A DNA stretch of 64,000 nt from positions 1-64,000 of IMG/VR virus record IMGVR_UViG_3300046779_001735, one strand, 5' to 3'. The stretch comes from a virus. The position numbers and the translations under genes were made by a program. The notes beneath the pieces were generated by a model. It was not told the DNA's origin, searched no databases, and saw only the letters and a program-made list of their open reading frames with translations. Positions 27,243-37,579 of the stretch are shown piece after piece. The stretch's first letter is position 1; every line of letters starts with the position of its first letter.

Positions 27243-28156
27243 TGTCAGTAAAGTTTCTTGGCAATGCAAACATTGCCATTGGAGCACCCAACGGTCCATA
27301 CTTTATGACTACTATACTGAAAGATGGCTCATCGCCTGATGCTGCGGCAGTTAGTGCAGCAGCTATAAAAACGCTCACAGGTACAAACACAGATGGTACC
27401 TATTGGATTAACTTGCCAACAGTGGGTCCAACATTGGTTTACTGTTTAATGAATTCTTCAGCAGATGGCGGTGGCTGGATGATGGCCATGAAAGCCACAC
27501 GTGGTACCACATTTAGCTACAGTGCAAACTATTGGAACACTATCAACACTTTAAATCCCACGGCTTATAATCGTAATGACGGCGACGCTAAGTTTGATAT
27601 CATGAATTATTTCGCATCAAAAGATATCATGGCACTTTGGCCAGACATCACAACCAATGGCGGCGGCCTTGGCACAAATCCTTATAACTGTTGGAGTTGG
27701 TTGCAAAATAATTTTTATTCAGGAACTACAACTACATTGGTTGATTTTTTCAACACTCAGGGTACTTACAATACCGGAACAGTAAACACTTCTGGCAACT
27801 ATGGTGGTTATTTTACAGGCCTTGCAAAAAGTTCTACAAGTTGGGCCAATGGCGTATTTTCCTCACAAAATGCAATTAATTTTTACGGATTCAATTTTAA
27901 AAATTACCCTAATCCTTCATATGGCAATGGTACTGCCAAGGTGCGCTGGGGATTTGGTTGGAATGAAAACAGCGAAGGCAACTACACAGGCCCAGCTACA
28001 CTGGCCAGTGGAGGCGCCCCGGGGTCTGACGACGTAAGTGGGGGCATAGGAATGGACTCAAGTTTTGGTAGTTACAGTGGAGGAGATTACATTGCGTGCT
28101 GTCAAGATTCATCAGGTATCAATCGTTCAGCTAGAGTTGAGGTTTATGTAAGATGA
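27242..28156 (+). CDS. Fibrinogen-like domain protein (putative receptor-binding)
   Basis: DGTYWI..VYCLM..DGGGWMM signature; ATG 27242 overlaps the upstream stop (TAATG). Confidence 0.7.
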   Translation: MSVKFLGNANIAIGAPNGPYFMTTILKDGSSPDAAAVSAAAIKTLTGTNTDGTYWINLPTVGPTLVYCLMNSSADGGGWMMAMKATRGTTFSYSANYWNTINTLNPTAYNRNDGDAKFDIMNYFASKDIMALWPDITTNGGGLGTNPYNCWSWLQNNFYSGTTTTLVDFFNTQGTYNTGTVNTSGNYGGYFTGLAKSSTSWANGVFSSQNAINFYGFNFKNYPNPSYGNGTAKVRWGFGWNENSEGNYTGPATLASGGAPGSDDVSGGIGMDSSFGSYSGGDYIACCQDSSGINRSARVEVYVR

Positions 28157-29085
28157 CTGTTGGAATTATTGGAACATCTCAAAGATACACAATGGCTAAT
28201 TCTACCATGGCAACTAATATTGCAGGAATTTCAGCCACAGGTGGGACCGAATCCACTGCAAATAGTGGTGGAATCAATTACAAAGTACACACGTTTACCT
28301 CAACCGGCAATACTGCTTTTACAGTAAGTCAAACTGGAACTTCTGGTTACAACACTTTAGAGGTGTTGTGTGTAGGAGGTGGTGGCGGTGCAGGCGGCAA
28401 CGATGGACCAAATGGTGCAGGTGGTGGCGGCGGTGCCATTATGGTAGCTAATGTGTCTGCAACAGCAACCACTTACTACGCCAGTGTTGGTGGAGCTGGC
28501 GGTGGTGGAACTGGCTGCTGCTGTGGTGGATGCAACGGTTCAGCAGGTGCTAATTTTGGAGCCGCAGGCGGAGCAGCAGGCTCAAGTTGCTGTTCAGGCG
28601 GTGGAGGTGGTAGTGGGGGATTAAGTGGTTTATTCAATGGTACTCCAGCACTGGGCACAGCTTTGATTGTTGCAGGTGGCGGAGCTGGTGGTGGAGGTTC
28701 GAACGAAGGACCAGCTAATGACAGTCCTGCCTGTGGCGGCAATGTACAGGGAATTGGTACAAATGGTACCAGCCTGGATGGTCAGGCTGGATTTGGATAT
28801 GGTGGCGGTGACGGCGGGGGGTATGGCGCTGGCGGCGGCGGATGGTTTGGTGGAGCTGGGCAAAACGGTGGTAACACATCAGGCGGTGGCAGTAATGTTG
28901 CTGCTAGTGCAACTTTAGTGTATTCAGCTAATGGGAACAATGGCGGGCAGAGTGGTACTGCTGCTGGCCCAGTGTATACATGGACAGGATGGGCTGGCAG
29001 TGGATATGGCGCTGGGGCATCAGGTGGCAGTCAAGGTGCAGGTACTGCAGGCATTGTTGTAATAAGGTATAGGGTACCAGGATGA
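28153..29085 (+). CDS. Glycine-rich domain protein with Cys clusters
   Basis: YKVHTFT, LCVGGGGG, GIVVIRY; GCCCGGC and SSCCS. Confidence 0.72.
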   Translation: MTVGIIGTSQRYTMANSTMATNIAGISATGGTESTANSGGINYKVHTFTSTGNTAFTVSQTGTSGYNTLEVLCVGGGGGAGGNDGPNGAGGGGGAIMVANVSATATTYYASVGGAGGGGTGCCCGGCNGSAGANFGAAGGAAGSSCCSGGGGGSGGLSGLFNGTPALGTALIVAGGGAGGGGSNEGPANDSPACGGNVQGIGTNGTSLDGQAGFGYGGGDGGGYGAGGGGWFGGAGQNGGNTSGGGSNVAASATLVYSANGNNGGQSGTAAGPVYTWTGWAGSGYGAGASGGSQGAGTAGIVVIRYRVPG

Positions 29086-29474
29086 TTTATAAATTTGCTA
29101 TCACAGGCTACAATGTCACGGTAATTGATCAAGGCACTAAATGGGTGATACGTGATATATCTTGGATATACAGCGGAAGAAATCCCAATAACGTCTATGC
29201 GTCAGTGGCAGGAACCACCGCAATTCCGTTTGATCCTAGTCAGTTAAATTTTGTTCAAATTGAAAACGTTACCAAGGAAATGTTAACCCAGTGGCTTTTT
29301 GAACAACTTACCGGAGAATTTTTACGTCATACTAAAGAAAGCATTGATGGAACCATTACCAGAAATGCTCGAATTGCAAACAATGAAGTTGACCGGTGTA
29401 CATGGTTACCAATGGCTGCACCCTGGGACAATGGAATTGATGAAGAGGTTTTAAATGCATATCTTAGTAGATAA
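29082..29474 (+). CDS. Hypothetical protein, possibly a fibre assembly factor
   Basis: ATGA overlap; F..IENVTKEMLTQW and APW motifs; follows the fibre genes. Confidence 0.55.
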   Translation: MIYKFAITGYNVTVIDQGTKWVIRDISWIYSGRNPNNVYASVAGTTAIPFDPSQLNFVQIENVTKEMLTQWLFEQLTGEFLRHTKESIDGTITRNARIANNEVDRCTWLPMAAPWDNGIDEEVLNAYLSR

Positions 29475-29694
29475 AGAAGTCAGCGCAGCTCGTATGGTAA
29501 TATGCGAATCATGCGAATTTTATGGCATGCTTGATGCAAAATTAAATTGGATGGGTGCACAACGTTGCCAAAAGTGCAATTGTTATATGCCCATGAAAAC
29601 TACGCTGGCAATAGCAAGTTGTCCAGAAGGCAAATGGGGCAAAGATACCCAGATGCTAAATAGTATAGATACACAAAAAACTGCCCAGGAATAA
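29455..29694 (+). CDS. Small Cys-rich protein (DUF6171-like)
   Basis: R..ICESC..CQKCNCYM..KT....SCP.GKW. Confidence 0.7.
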   Translation: MHILVDKEVSAARMVICESCEFYGMLDAKLNWMGAQRCQKCNCYMPMKTTLAIASCPEGKWGKDTQMLNSIDTQKTAQE

Positions 29695-29697
29695 AGA

Positions 29698-30729
29698 ATG
29701 GCTATACAGGTACAATTTAGACGCGGAACAACAGCTCAAAACAACGCATTTACTGGAGCTATAGGCGAAGTCACCGTTGACACAGATCTCATGACTATTA
29801 GAGTGCACGATGGCGTGACTGCGGGCGGAGTTTCCTCGGTGTCCACATCTGGTACACAGACTCTAACCAATAAAACCCTGACAGCTCCATCTATTGGTGG
29901 CGCAGCGGTTATCAATATCACAGGCAATGTTGCTGCAAATTTTGTTACTGGCACAGGCAACGTAACAGGTGGTAATTTGATCACTGCGGGTCTTGCATCT
30001 GTGACTGGTAATATCACAGGCGGTAATATCACAACCACTGGTATTGCAAATGTTGGCACAATAATCATAACCACAGCGGCCAACATCACAGCAAATACTA
30101 TATCTACTACCACTACCAGTGGGGCTCTAACAGTAGGTGGTGGCGCAGGCATCGTGGGCAATATCTATGCTGGAGGTATTGCGGCTGTCACAGGAAACGT
30201 CACAGGTGGGAACCTCACCACAGCTGGCATCCTTACTATCAACTCAGGTGATGCTGCCGTAGCCATAGTCAATGGTGGCAGTAATGCAGTAGGCAATATT
30301 GGATCAAGTTCAAAATATTTTAACACCGCTTTTGTAAAAGCAACATCAGCGCAGTACGCTGACTTAGCAGAAATGTACGAAGGCGATGCTGTATATGCAC
30401 CAGGCACAGTGGTCAGCTTTGGTGGCGACCATGATGTAACGCTGAGTCTGACTGATTGTGATCGTAAAGTAGCAGGTGTTGTGTCAACCAATCCTGCTTA
30501 CATAATGAATTCTGTGATGGACAAGGTCACTGCCACAGCAGTGGCTCTAGTAGGCAAAGTCCCCACTCGAGTTATTGGGCCAGTGGCCAAGGGCGATCTA
30601 ATGGTGTCAGCCGGTAATGGCGTTGCTAGAGCAGAAGCTAATCCTCCAGTAGGATCAGTTATTGGCAAGGCTCTTGAGGAATCCCATGGAGGGTCGGCTG
30701 TCATCAACATAGTAGTTGGTAGACTCTAA
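29698..30729 (+). CDS. Fibre protein with Mtd-like N-terminal domain and peptidase G2-like C-terminus
   Basis: QVQFRRGTTAQ..FTGAIGEVTVDTD..RVHDG.T.GG; SAQYADLAEMY..IGKALE. Confidence 0.75.
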   Translation: MAIQVQFRRGTTAQNNAFTGAIGEVTVDTDLMTIRVHDGVTAGGVSSVSTSGTQTLTNKTLTAPSIGGAAVINITGNVAANFVTGTGNVTGGNLITAGLASVTGNITGGNITTTGIANVGTIIITTAANITANTISTTTTSGALTVGGGAGIVGNIYAGGIAAVTGNVTGGNLTTAGILTINSGDAAVAIVNGGSNAVGNIGSSSKYFNTAFVKATSAQYADLAEMYEGDAVYAPGTVVSFGGDHDVTLSLTDCDRKVAGVVSTNPAYIMNSVMDKVTATAVALVGKVPTRVIGPVAKGDLMVSAGNGVARAEANPPVGSVIGKALEESHGGSAVINIVVGRL

Positions 30730-31152
30730 GTTTTTCTCCAGCGTAGATATTTTTTCAACAATGGCCTGCATGTGTACTGTGTTCCATAAACCAGGATGCA
30801 TTGGCTTTGGCCATGTTCCAGTATCAATCCATGCGTATCCTAGATGTTCATCATTTAGAACAGGCACAAACTCCTGATTGACTTGGCAAAAGAAGGTATG
30901 ATAGCTAAAGCTTTGATCACCAGACGTCCATTTTTCTAACGGCAAAAATTTGGTGTTCACAAAGTCTAAATCAAGTTCTTCTTTGCATTCGCGATGTATG
31001 GTATCCAACAGGCTTTCTCCTGCATCACACTTGCCTCCTGGTAATCCCCAGGTATTAGGGTGACGATCATCGTTGCGCATGACATATAGATAGCGCCTAG
31101 TAGTTACACTGAAAAACATCACGCCAACTGCGTTTAAAGAATTAGATTCCAT
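30655..31152 (-). CDS. NUDIX hydrolase
   Basis: Nudix box WGLPGGKCDAGESLLDTIHRECKEEL; LNDEH..YAW. Confidence 0.9.
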   Translation of the reverse strand: MESNSLNAVGVMFFSVTTRRYLYVMRNDDRHPNTWGLPGGKCDAGESLLDTIHRECKEELDLDFVNTKFLPLEKWTSGDQSFSYHTFFCQVNQEFVPVLNDEHLGYAWIDTGTWPKPMHPGLWNTVHMQAIVEKISTLEKNLESTNYYVDDSRPSMGFLKSLANN

Positions 31153-32582
31153 GATCCCCCCGGATACAACCCATCATAACTTTTTACCCACTCTGCTCCG
31201 GTCCATTTGTATTGTATGTTAGTGGTTATGTTAGTTACATATTGTACATCCGCAAGGCTCTGACTGTCAAATACAACACGCCAGCGTTGACCATCAAATT
31301 CCACAATGTCGTTGGCATTGGCAATTAAAGGTTGTCCGTTGACACCACGCCATGCCAAGGGATTGGCGTCAAATGAATAGGGATCATTAAACGGATCAGT
31401 TCTTGTGGTATAGTTATCGGCACTGCCTGTGGCTTCTGTAAACAGATATCGCTGGCCAGTAAGACTTGAGTCTAGACCATCTCCTGGTGCACTTAGCAAG
31501 GGATTAATCACAGCGTCAATTGGTTGCAATGTGTTTGGAGGTACTGTGTCTGGATCAATATTAAACAACAAAAATCTGTCATCAGCGGGATTCAAAGCCA
31601 CAGTACCTATGATCTGTAGGTCAGGTTCCCAAGGATTGTCAAGTGTAACATAACTGATTCCTGGCCTTAAAACGCCATATAGGTTAATAACGCTGGGCCA
31701 TACTATTTCGTCGGCCACCGGAGATTCTGGTGGTGTGAGACTGGTTATTGGTTGTGATATTACATCACTGGGCTGTAAAATCTGTAGCTGTCCGTTAAGC
31801 AACAACACCTGATAGCTATAGGGTGTAACTTTGACACGTGTGCCCAACAGCAGGTCACTGTCTATTACAGCGTTGGCGGCATCACCTTGTGAATCATAGA
31901 TACTGGCTATCACACGTTCAACCACACCCAGTTTCTTGATTTTAGCCGGACTTGAAATCCAAATTGGCAAACCAAATCTAAGACTACAGACGTCAATGGG
32001 ATCATCTGTGCCCTGCGGTATACTGCGCCCACTCCAGGTCACACTTTCAAGTTCTACTACACTCAGACTGGTCCAGTCAATATAGTTGTCCGTGCCTTGT
32101 ATTTCCAATGCGGGATTAAACAGTGTGAGTATCTGTTCAAGGATCTGCATTTTCTGGTTGGTATTGCTGGTCCAAATATCCAAGGTCAAGGTAAGTTTAT
32201 AGGGCACCGGCATCAAGCGTTCAATGGTAAACGCATTTCCCTGTGTTACTTCATAGCTATCATTATCAGTATCGTAGTAACGTTGACGTACATTGATTTT
32301 GTCAACAAAAGTTGGCTCTTGGATGCGTCCACGGTCATAATCAAGACTGGAAATATAAAAAGTCATGATTGGAGTGCTAGGCATGCTGTTGGTTGAATTT
32401 TGTTGAATGATAGTCTGAGCATTGCGACTTGCATCACCATAGCGCACAGGCACACGATATAGGGTATCTGGTGGGGACACCCCAGCTTGATTTTGTCCAA
32501 ACTCTACTTGAAAGTTGGAAAAGATTCTTGTAAATTGCAGCAAGAATCTACGAATTTGGCCGTCATAAAAAAACTGTTGCAT
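31134..32582 (-). CDS. Tail completion/sheath stabilizer (gp15-like) with C-terminal extension
   Basis: FFYDGQIRR..F..IFS, VPVRYG, PVPY.L...LDIW..QILEQI..F.P pattern. Confidence 0.7.
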   Translation of the reverse strand: MQQFFYDGQIRRFLLQFTRIFSNFQVEFGQNQAGVSPPDTLYRVPVRYGDASRNAQTIIQQNSTNSMPSTPIMTFYISSLDYDRGRIQEPTFVDKINVRQRYYDTDNDSYEVTQGNAFTIERLMPVPYKLTLTLDIWTSNTNQKMQILEQILTLFNPALEIQGTDNYIDWTSLSVVELESVTWSGRSIPQGTDDPIDVCSLRFGLPIWISSPAKIKKLGVVERVIASIYDSQGDAANAVIDSDLLLGTRVKVTPYSYQVLLLNGQLQILQPSDVISQPITSLTPPESPVADEIVWPSVINLYGVLRPGISYVTLDNPWEPDLQIIGTVALNPADDRFLLFNIDPDTVPPNTLQPIDAVINPLLSAPGDGLDSSLTGQRYLFTEATGSADNYTTRTDPFNDPYSFDANPLAWRGVNGQPLIANANDIVEFDGQRWRVVFDSQSLADVQYVTNITTNIQYKWTGAEWVKSYDGLYPGGSWNLIL

Positions 32583-32584
32583 AG

Positions 32585-33961
32585 TTAGCTTGATGGTTGT
32601 CCGGGCTGGGTAGGCGGATATGGTTTAGGAGTTTTATTACCACCTTGATCTCCATTATCGGCTCTAGGTTTTAGTGCCTGACTAAGGCTTTGTCTACTAG
32701 GTATTGGACCAAGGTCAGTGCTGTTTACAGTGTATGTATTGTTCACAAAACCTGAACGCAAGGTATTGTTGTCTGCACCAGGTGTAAGGTTGGTACGCAC
32801 CACTTCTTCAATCTTGACCCAACGACTACCGTTGAATCTAAATAGTCTGTTTGGAAAGTAATCCAGCCGCAAACAATACTGTCCAACTTCGGCTTGCAGA
32901 GGAAAACGTACTCCAGGCGTCACAGGCAAGCCATTAGGAGCAATGCCATCACCAGTAAGATAGCCAGATGTATAACCATCTGCTCTTGGCGTAAGATTCT
33001 CATTGCTTACAGTGCGGCTAGCGTCAGTTTGAGTGTAGTCAGCTGTATATGTACCAGGATCAGCAGGAGAACCGTCTGGGTTGGTGGGCAGGATATAGAA
33101 TTTAACAGTATCATAGCCACTCTTGGGTACTTCTTCCTCGGCCTGTACTAGGATAGCATCATTGATTTCAAGATCTTTGTTGCGTGTGCTTGCACTGTCT
33201 GCCAGAGTATTAATACGTGTTTTTTCAGCCCAATAGTCAGTGTTAGAAATGTCTATGTCTGCAGGTGTGTTTCGAAGAGCCACATAGTATACATCGTCAT
33301 AGTTCACAATGCTGCCAGCTGGATAGAAGTTGCCTGGATCCCAGATGTTTTCAGGCTCAAAAGGCTGTTGAAGAATGTCTTGATATTCCTGTGCATTGAC
33401 CATGGGCGTGGCCTTAACACGCCAGATGTGCGGTAACCAGGTTTGACTGAATCCTTCGCTAGCAAACGCAGCATCCTGCACTACATAAAACTTTGGCAAT
33501 GCTCGTGGTATGTTTGAATCCAGGGGATGAAAGTCACGTAGATTTGGAACTTCTAGTACGTCACCGTTCATGATCTTGCGTCCCAGTGTGTCAATCATGT
33601 CGTTGTAGTGAAATGTCACAAACAGAGTGTCATTGTTAAGGAACAGGCCAAACTGAGTTAGGTCAAAGTCAATATCTTGTGCACGGTACACTCCACGCAT
33701 CACATATACATCTGGATCATATGCACGATCGCGATTTTCTAGTAGCAGCAGATCTTGTATAAACAATGGACTTTCGCTGGCATAGTTTGGGATGGTAGCA
33801 TCATGCTGAGTATCGGTGGAACTGTCGCCTGTGACCTTGGGTCCAAGATACTTGTGTAGGTAGATATCAAGTCCGCCCACAGTGTATTGTTCCGAAATAG
33901 TTCGGTCAAAAAATTGGTAATCGCGAGTTCGATTAGGGCGGTATAGACTGAGTCTGGGCAT
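32585..33961 (-). CDS. Neck protein (gp14-like)
   Basis: GGLDIY, DLLLLENRDR.Y, LTQFGL, GDVLEVP pattern; next to the gp15-like gene; late promoter upstream. Confidence 0.6.
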   Translation of the reverse strand: MPRLSLYRPNRTRDYQFFDRTISEQYTVGGLDIYLHKYLGPKVTGDSSTDTQHDATIPNYASESPLFIQDLLLLENRDRAYDPDVYVMRGVYRAQDIDFDLTQFGLFLNNDTLFVTFHYNDMIDTLGRKIMNGDVLEVPNLRDFHPLDSNIPRALPKFYVVQDAAFASEGFSQTWLPHIWRVKATPMVNAQEYQDILQQPFEPENIWDPGNFYPAGSIVNYDDVYYVALRNTPADIDISNTDYWAEKTRINTLADSASTRNKDLEINDAILVQAEEEVPKSGYDTVKFYILPTNPDGSPADPGTYTADYTQTDASRTVSNENLTPRADGYTSGYLTGDGIAPNGLPVTPGVRFPLQAEVGQYCLRLDYFPNRLFRFNGSRWVKIEEVVRTNLTPGADNNTLRSGFVNNTYTVNSTDLGPIPSRQSLSQALKPRADNGDQGGNKTPKPYPPTQPGQPSS

Positions 33962-34009
33962 TTGAGCGTTCCTTGCTGTATTTACCGGTTGAGCCGATGG
34001 CGGCTGTGG

Positions 34010-34038
34010 TTGACCAAATATCCCTAGGGTGTTATAAT
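34010..34038 (+). promoter_or_regulatory. Sigma70 (early) promoter
   Basis: TTGACC-17 nt-TATAAT with extended -10 TG. Confidence 0.8.
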
Positions 34039-34064
34039 TACTGAATATTCAAAATGGAGCTGCT

Positions 34065-35219
34065 ATGAGCAATGCAAAAACAGTTAAACCCACACGGCCT
34101 CTCAAGGCAATGACTTCTAAAACTGATGTCAAATACACCGGCTCTGAGCCTGAATGGAGAATACAGCCGGACAGCGATACCCGGTTAAGCAGCCTAAGCA
34201 GGGCGTTTGGATGGTATCACTACAGTTTTGGTAAAAAAGAAGCCAAGGAGCTGATCATTGATTGGTTGTCTAGGAACGAGCGATCAGTAGATGCCAAGGC
34301 CTTTGCTCGTGTACCCGAGCAATCAGTTAGTTGTACGTTTGGTTGGCTCAGCAGGATGAACCTAAGAGGGCTAGAGTTGCTCACAGAGGAAAAGAGTCGT
34401 TTGGACCAACATGTTGCAGATTTAATTGGTGCAGCAAAAAATATCAAACATATTGTAGAACAAGATTCAGAAGTAGTTGCAAAACCCAATATTCAAGAGC
34501 GATTGAAAGAAAAAGCTCAGGAGGTAGCAGGTGAACTTGAAGGAATGTTGGATAATATTATACAAGACAACGTTAAAATCACTGTCGAACACAAGCCTAT
34601 AAATCTGCTTCGGGGCATGAATATCAGTCAGCAGCATATCAGCGTAGTGAGAGACACATGGATAAAACATCGCGATGAATTTGCAGACGCTGTGGCGGGC
34701 AAGGATGCACAGCTAGTAGAAGCCTATGGTCACTTTGGTAAAATTCAGCTGCGAAACTTATTAAAGTTTGCAGAACAGGTGTTAGCTGACTGCGACAGTT
34801 ATGTGCAGATCAAAAAGGTAGAGCGCAGGCCACGCAAGAAAAAGCCTGTAAGTCCAGAAAAACTCACAGCTCGGTTCAAATATCTAAAAGAATTTCCTGA
34901 ACTCAAGTTGGTTAGCGAGCCTGTGACCAAGCTTGTGGGTGCAGGTGAAGCCTGGTTATATGACACAAAAAAGCGCAAATTAATCCATGTGGTAGCGGAT
35001 CAGCATGTCAGTGAGTTCACTGTTAAGGGATCGGCAATCGTGGGATTTGACGGCGGCGCCAGTATACAAAAAACACTGAGAAAGCCTGCGGAACAGATCA
35101 AGGCCTTGATGAGTGGGGGATTGCCTGCTGCTCGCAAATACTTCAAAGATATCAAGAGCACTGAAACCAAGTTTAATGGACGTGGCAACGAGAACCTAGT
35201 GCTACTGCGAATCCGGTAA
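34065..35219 (+). CDS. Hypothetical early protein
   Basis: 384-aa ORF, GGAG Shine-Dalgarno; basic C-terminus with KTLRKP and NGR.N motifs; function not recognised. Confidence 0.75.
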   Translation: MSNAKTVKPTRPLKAMTSKTDVKYTGSEPEWRIQPDSDTRLSSLSRAFGWYHYSFGKKEAKELIIDWLSRNERSVDAKAFARVPEQSVSCTFGWLSRMNLRGLELLTEEKSRLDQHVADLIGAAKNIKHIVEQDSEVVAKPNIQERLKEKAQEVAGELEGMLDNIIQDNVKITVEHKPINLLRGMNISQQHISVVRDTWIKHRDEFADAVAGKDAQLVEAYGHFGKIQLRNLLKFAEQVLADCDSYVQIKKVERRPRKKKPVSPEKLTARFKYLKEFPELKLVSEPVTKLVGAGEAWLYDTKKRKLIHVVADQHVSEFTVKGSAIVGFDGGASIQKTLRKPAEQIKALMSGGLPAARKYFKDIKSTETKFNGRGNENLVLLRIR

Positions 35220-35239
35220 ATACTGGATCAGGAGCAATT

Positions 35240-36001
35240 ATGCACGCAGGCACTCTAGACCAAATGAAACAGGAACTCATCGAATACACACAGCTTCAGC
35301 TGGGTGCCAACATGATTGATGTAGAGCTTGATCCTGCGCACTACGAAGCAGCATATCAAAGAACCATAGGAACCTATAGACAGCGTGCACAAAATGCATA
35401 TGAAGAATGCTATATCTTTATGGAATTGATCACTGATCAGAACGAATATTTTTTGCCGCAAGAAGTGGTGCAGGTCAAACAGATATTCAGAAGAACATTT
35501 GGTATAGCAACCGGGCCATTTAGCTCTGCGTTTGATCCCTTTAGTCAAGCCCAGATGCAGGTGTATCTCATGAACTTCAATCAAAGTGGTGGACTTGCTA
35601 CCTATGATTTTTATACTCAGTATGTGGAACTAGCAGCTAGAATGTTTGGTGGTTTCATTAACTTTACATGGAATCCTGTTACCAAAAAGCTACAACTCAT
35701 ACGTGATCCTAAAGGCACTGGTGAACAAGTGCTACTATGGGTATATCAACTCAAACCTGAAGTTCAACTGCTGCAAGACTATCAAATCAGCCAATGGCTG
35801 CGTGATTACATGGTAGCAGCCAGCAAAATGATGGTAGGCGAAGCACGTGAAAAGTTTGGGACTATTGCTGGTCCGGGCGGTGGTAGTACGCTTAACGGTA
35901 CTGCCATGAAAGCAGAAGCTCAAACACAGATGGATGTCTTGGTGGAACAACTCAAAAACTACATTGATGGATCTCAACCCTTAACCTGGGTAATTGGCTG
36001 A
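35240..36001 (+). CDS. gp13: Neck protein (gp13-like)
   Basis: LGA.MIDVELD, WLRDY..A..K...G....KF...GPGG..LNG..MK.EA, PL..VIG. Confidence 0.8.
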   Translation: MHAGTLDQMKQELIEYTQLQLGANMIDVELDPAHYEAAYQRTIGTYRQRAQNAYEECYIFMELITDQNEYFLPQEVVQVKQIFRRTFGIATGPFSSAFDPFSQAQMQVYLMNFNQSGGLATYDFYTQYVELAARMFGGFINFTWNPVTKKLQLIRDPKGTGEQVLLWVYQLKPEVQLLQDYQISQWLRDYMVAASKMMVGEAREKFGTIAGPGGGSTLNGTAMKAEAQTQMDVLVEQLKNYIDGSQPLTWVIG

Positions 36002-36011
36002 TCACTCAGGC

Positions 36012-36040
36012 TTGACCTGCTGTGCATAGGCTGTTATAAT
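36012..36040 (+). promoter_or_regulatory. Sigma70 promoter, probably giving a leaderless mRNA
   Basis: TTGACC-17 nt-TATAAT with extended TG; ATG 6 nt after the -10 box and no Shine-Dalgarno. Confidence 0.8.
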
Positions 36041-36046
36041 AGCTCT

Positions 36047-36613
36047 ATGCACTTAATGATTGACATTGAAACTCTAGCCACAGCGCCGGACGCCACAATC
36101 CTCACTGTGGCAGCACAGTCTTTTGATCCTTTAGGACAGGGCTACTACGACTCCTGTTACTATGCAAGGGTGGATCTTGATAGTCAAAGCAATCGCAGCA
36201 TTGAACAAGGTACCATAGAATGGTGGTCCAAACAAAGCGATTTTGCTCGTGAAGAAGCCTTTGCGGAAGACAATCGTGTACCATTGGATCAAGTGCTTGA
36301 TGATCTAGGCAAACTTATATGGAAAAGCAGTGCCATCTGGGCCAACGGTCCTACGTTTGACATGACAATCCTAGAGAATGCCTATAAAAGTTATCAGAAG
36401 CCCTTGCCTTGGCAGTACTACAAAGTCAGAGATTGCCGTACGGTTTACATGCTATGGCCCAATGAAAAATTCAATGATACACCAGTGGCACCAATGTTGA
36501 TTAATAATCAAGCACATCGTCCCGCTAGTCATCATGCTTTGGATGACTGCAAACGACAGATTGATTTGCTACAAGAAACACTCAGGGCCATTGGCATAAA
36601 GGACTTGGTATGA
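36047..36613 (+). CDS. 3'-5' exonuclease (DEDDh, Rv2179c-like)
   Basis: MIDIET, WANGPTFD, RDCRT, HHALDD. Confidence 0.88.
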   Translation: MHLMIDIETLATAPDATILTVAAQSFDPLGQGYYDSCYYARVDLDSQSNRSIEQGTIEWWSKQSDFAREEAFAEDNRVPLDQVLDDLGKLIWKSSAIWANGPTFDMTILENAYKSYQKPLPWQYYKVRDCRTVYMLWPNEKFNDTPVAPMLINNQAHRPASHHALDDCKRQIDLLQETLRAIGIKDLV

Positions 36614-37284
36614 TCATAGGATTTGTGGGACTCATAGGGTCAGGCAAAGACACCGCAGCAGATTACCTTGTGAACTTTCATGGGTTTCGCCGGGACAGCT
36701 TTGCTGCCACGCTGAAAGATGCTGTGAGTGCTGTGTTTGGTTGGGACCGACTGATGCTTGAAGGCAGAACAGCTGAAAGTAGAGCCTGGCGTGAACAAGT
36801 TGACACCTGGTGGGCGCAAAGACTCAATATGCCCCATCTTACGCCTCGTTGGATATTGCAGCACTGGGGCACAGATGTGTTGCGCAATCATTTCAACGAT
36901 GATATCTGGATAGCTAGTCTTGAGCACAAGCTACAACGCAGCACCGATAACGTTGTAATATCAGATGTGCGTTTTCCTAATGAAATCAAAGCAATTCGCC
37001 GCGCTGGTGGGTATATTTACTGGATACAGCGTGGTGAACTACCACCATGGTACGAGTGTGCCTTGACAGAAAACACCACAGACGAGTATGACCAATGGTT
37101 ATTACAAGATGCGCACAAACTCATGGAGCAGTCTTGGCCTCAGGTTCATAATAGTGAGTGGGCCTGGGTTGGGCAAAGCTTTGATGCTGTTATTGACAAC
37201 AATAACAGTGTTGATGAACTTTATGATCAGCTTAAAAATCTGGTTCAAGATCACCGCGTCGCCATGGCCGATCTTGCCGCTTGA
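36610..37284 (+). CDS. Deoxynucleoside monophosphate kinase (T4 gp1-like)
   Basis: GLIGSGKDT, SFA..LK, TPR.ILQ..GTD, ISDVRFPNE, H.SE. Confidence 0.9.
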   Translation: MIIGFVGLIGSGKDTAADYLVNFHGFRRDSFAATLKDAVSAVFGWDRLMLEGRTAESRAWREQVDTWWAQRLNMPHLTPRWILQHWGTDVLRNHFNDDIWIASLEHKLQRSTDNVVISDVRFPNEIKAIRRAGGYIYWIQRGELPPWYECALTENTTDEYDQWLLQDAHKLMEQSWPQVHNSEWAWVGQSFDAVIDNNNSVDELYDQLKNLVQDHRVAMADLAA

Positions 37285-37579
37285 TATCCTCCACACAGTT
37301 TCTACACACACTACGTAGATTGCGCGGCTCTACATTGTTTAAATCTCCATCAATGTGGTACACCAGTATCTGACTGGTACTTCGGCTTTTGAAACCACAA
37401 AGATCGCAGTTAGATTTTTTCTTGTATCCTGATTTTTTCCATTTTGGTTCTCTAGGACGTAGTTTTCTGTGTTTTCTAGAACAGGTATCGCACTTAGAGC
37501 GATAATGCACTTTATCAGGGCTATGGTAGTTTACAGCACAAGGTCGCTGTTCACAAACAATGCAAATTGGCCTTTTCAT
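37232..37579 (-). CDS. HNH endonuclease-like protein with Zn fingers
   Basis: CxxC motifs; VYHIDGDLNN..NLRSVCRNC. Confidence 0.8.
   Translation of the reverse strand: MKRPICIVCEQRPCAVNYHSPDKVHYRSKCDTCSRKHRKLRPREPKWKKSGYKKKSNCDLCGFKSRSTSQILVYHIDGDLNNVEPRNLRSVCRNCVEDIKRQDRPWRRGDLEPDF

Noticed and set aside
27242-30729. Diversity-generating retroelement suggested by Mtd-like and fibrinogen-like domains
   Set aside because: No reverse transcriptase and no template/variable repeat pair differing at adenines was seen; only the Mtd N-terminal anchor is present.
30655-30729. 75-nt convergent overlap of the NUDIX and fibre genes
   Set aside because: Most simply a run-on C-terminus at a strand switch; no evidence of function.
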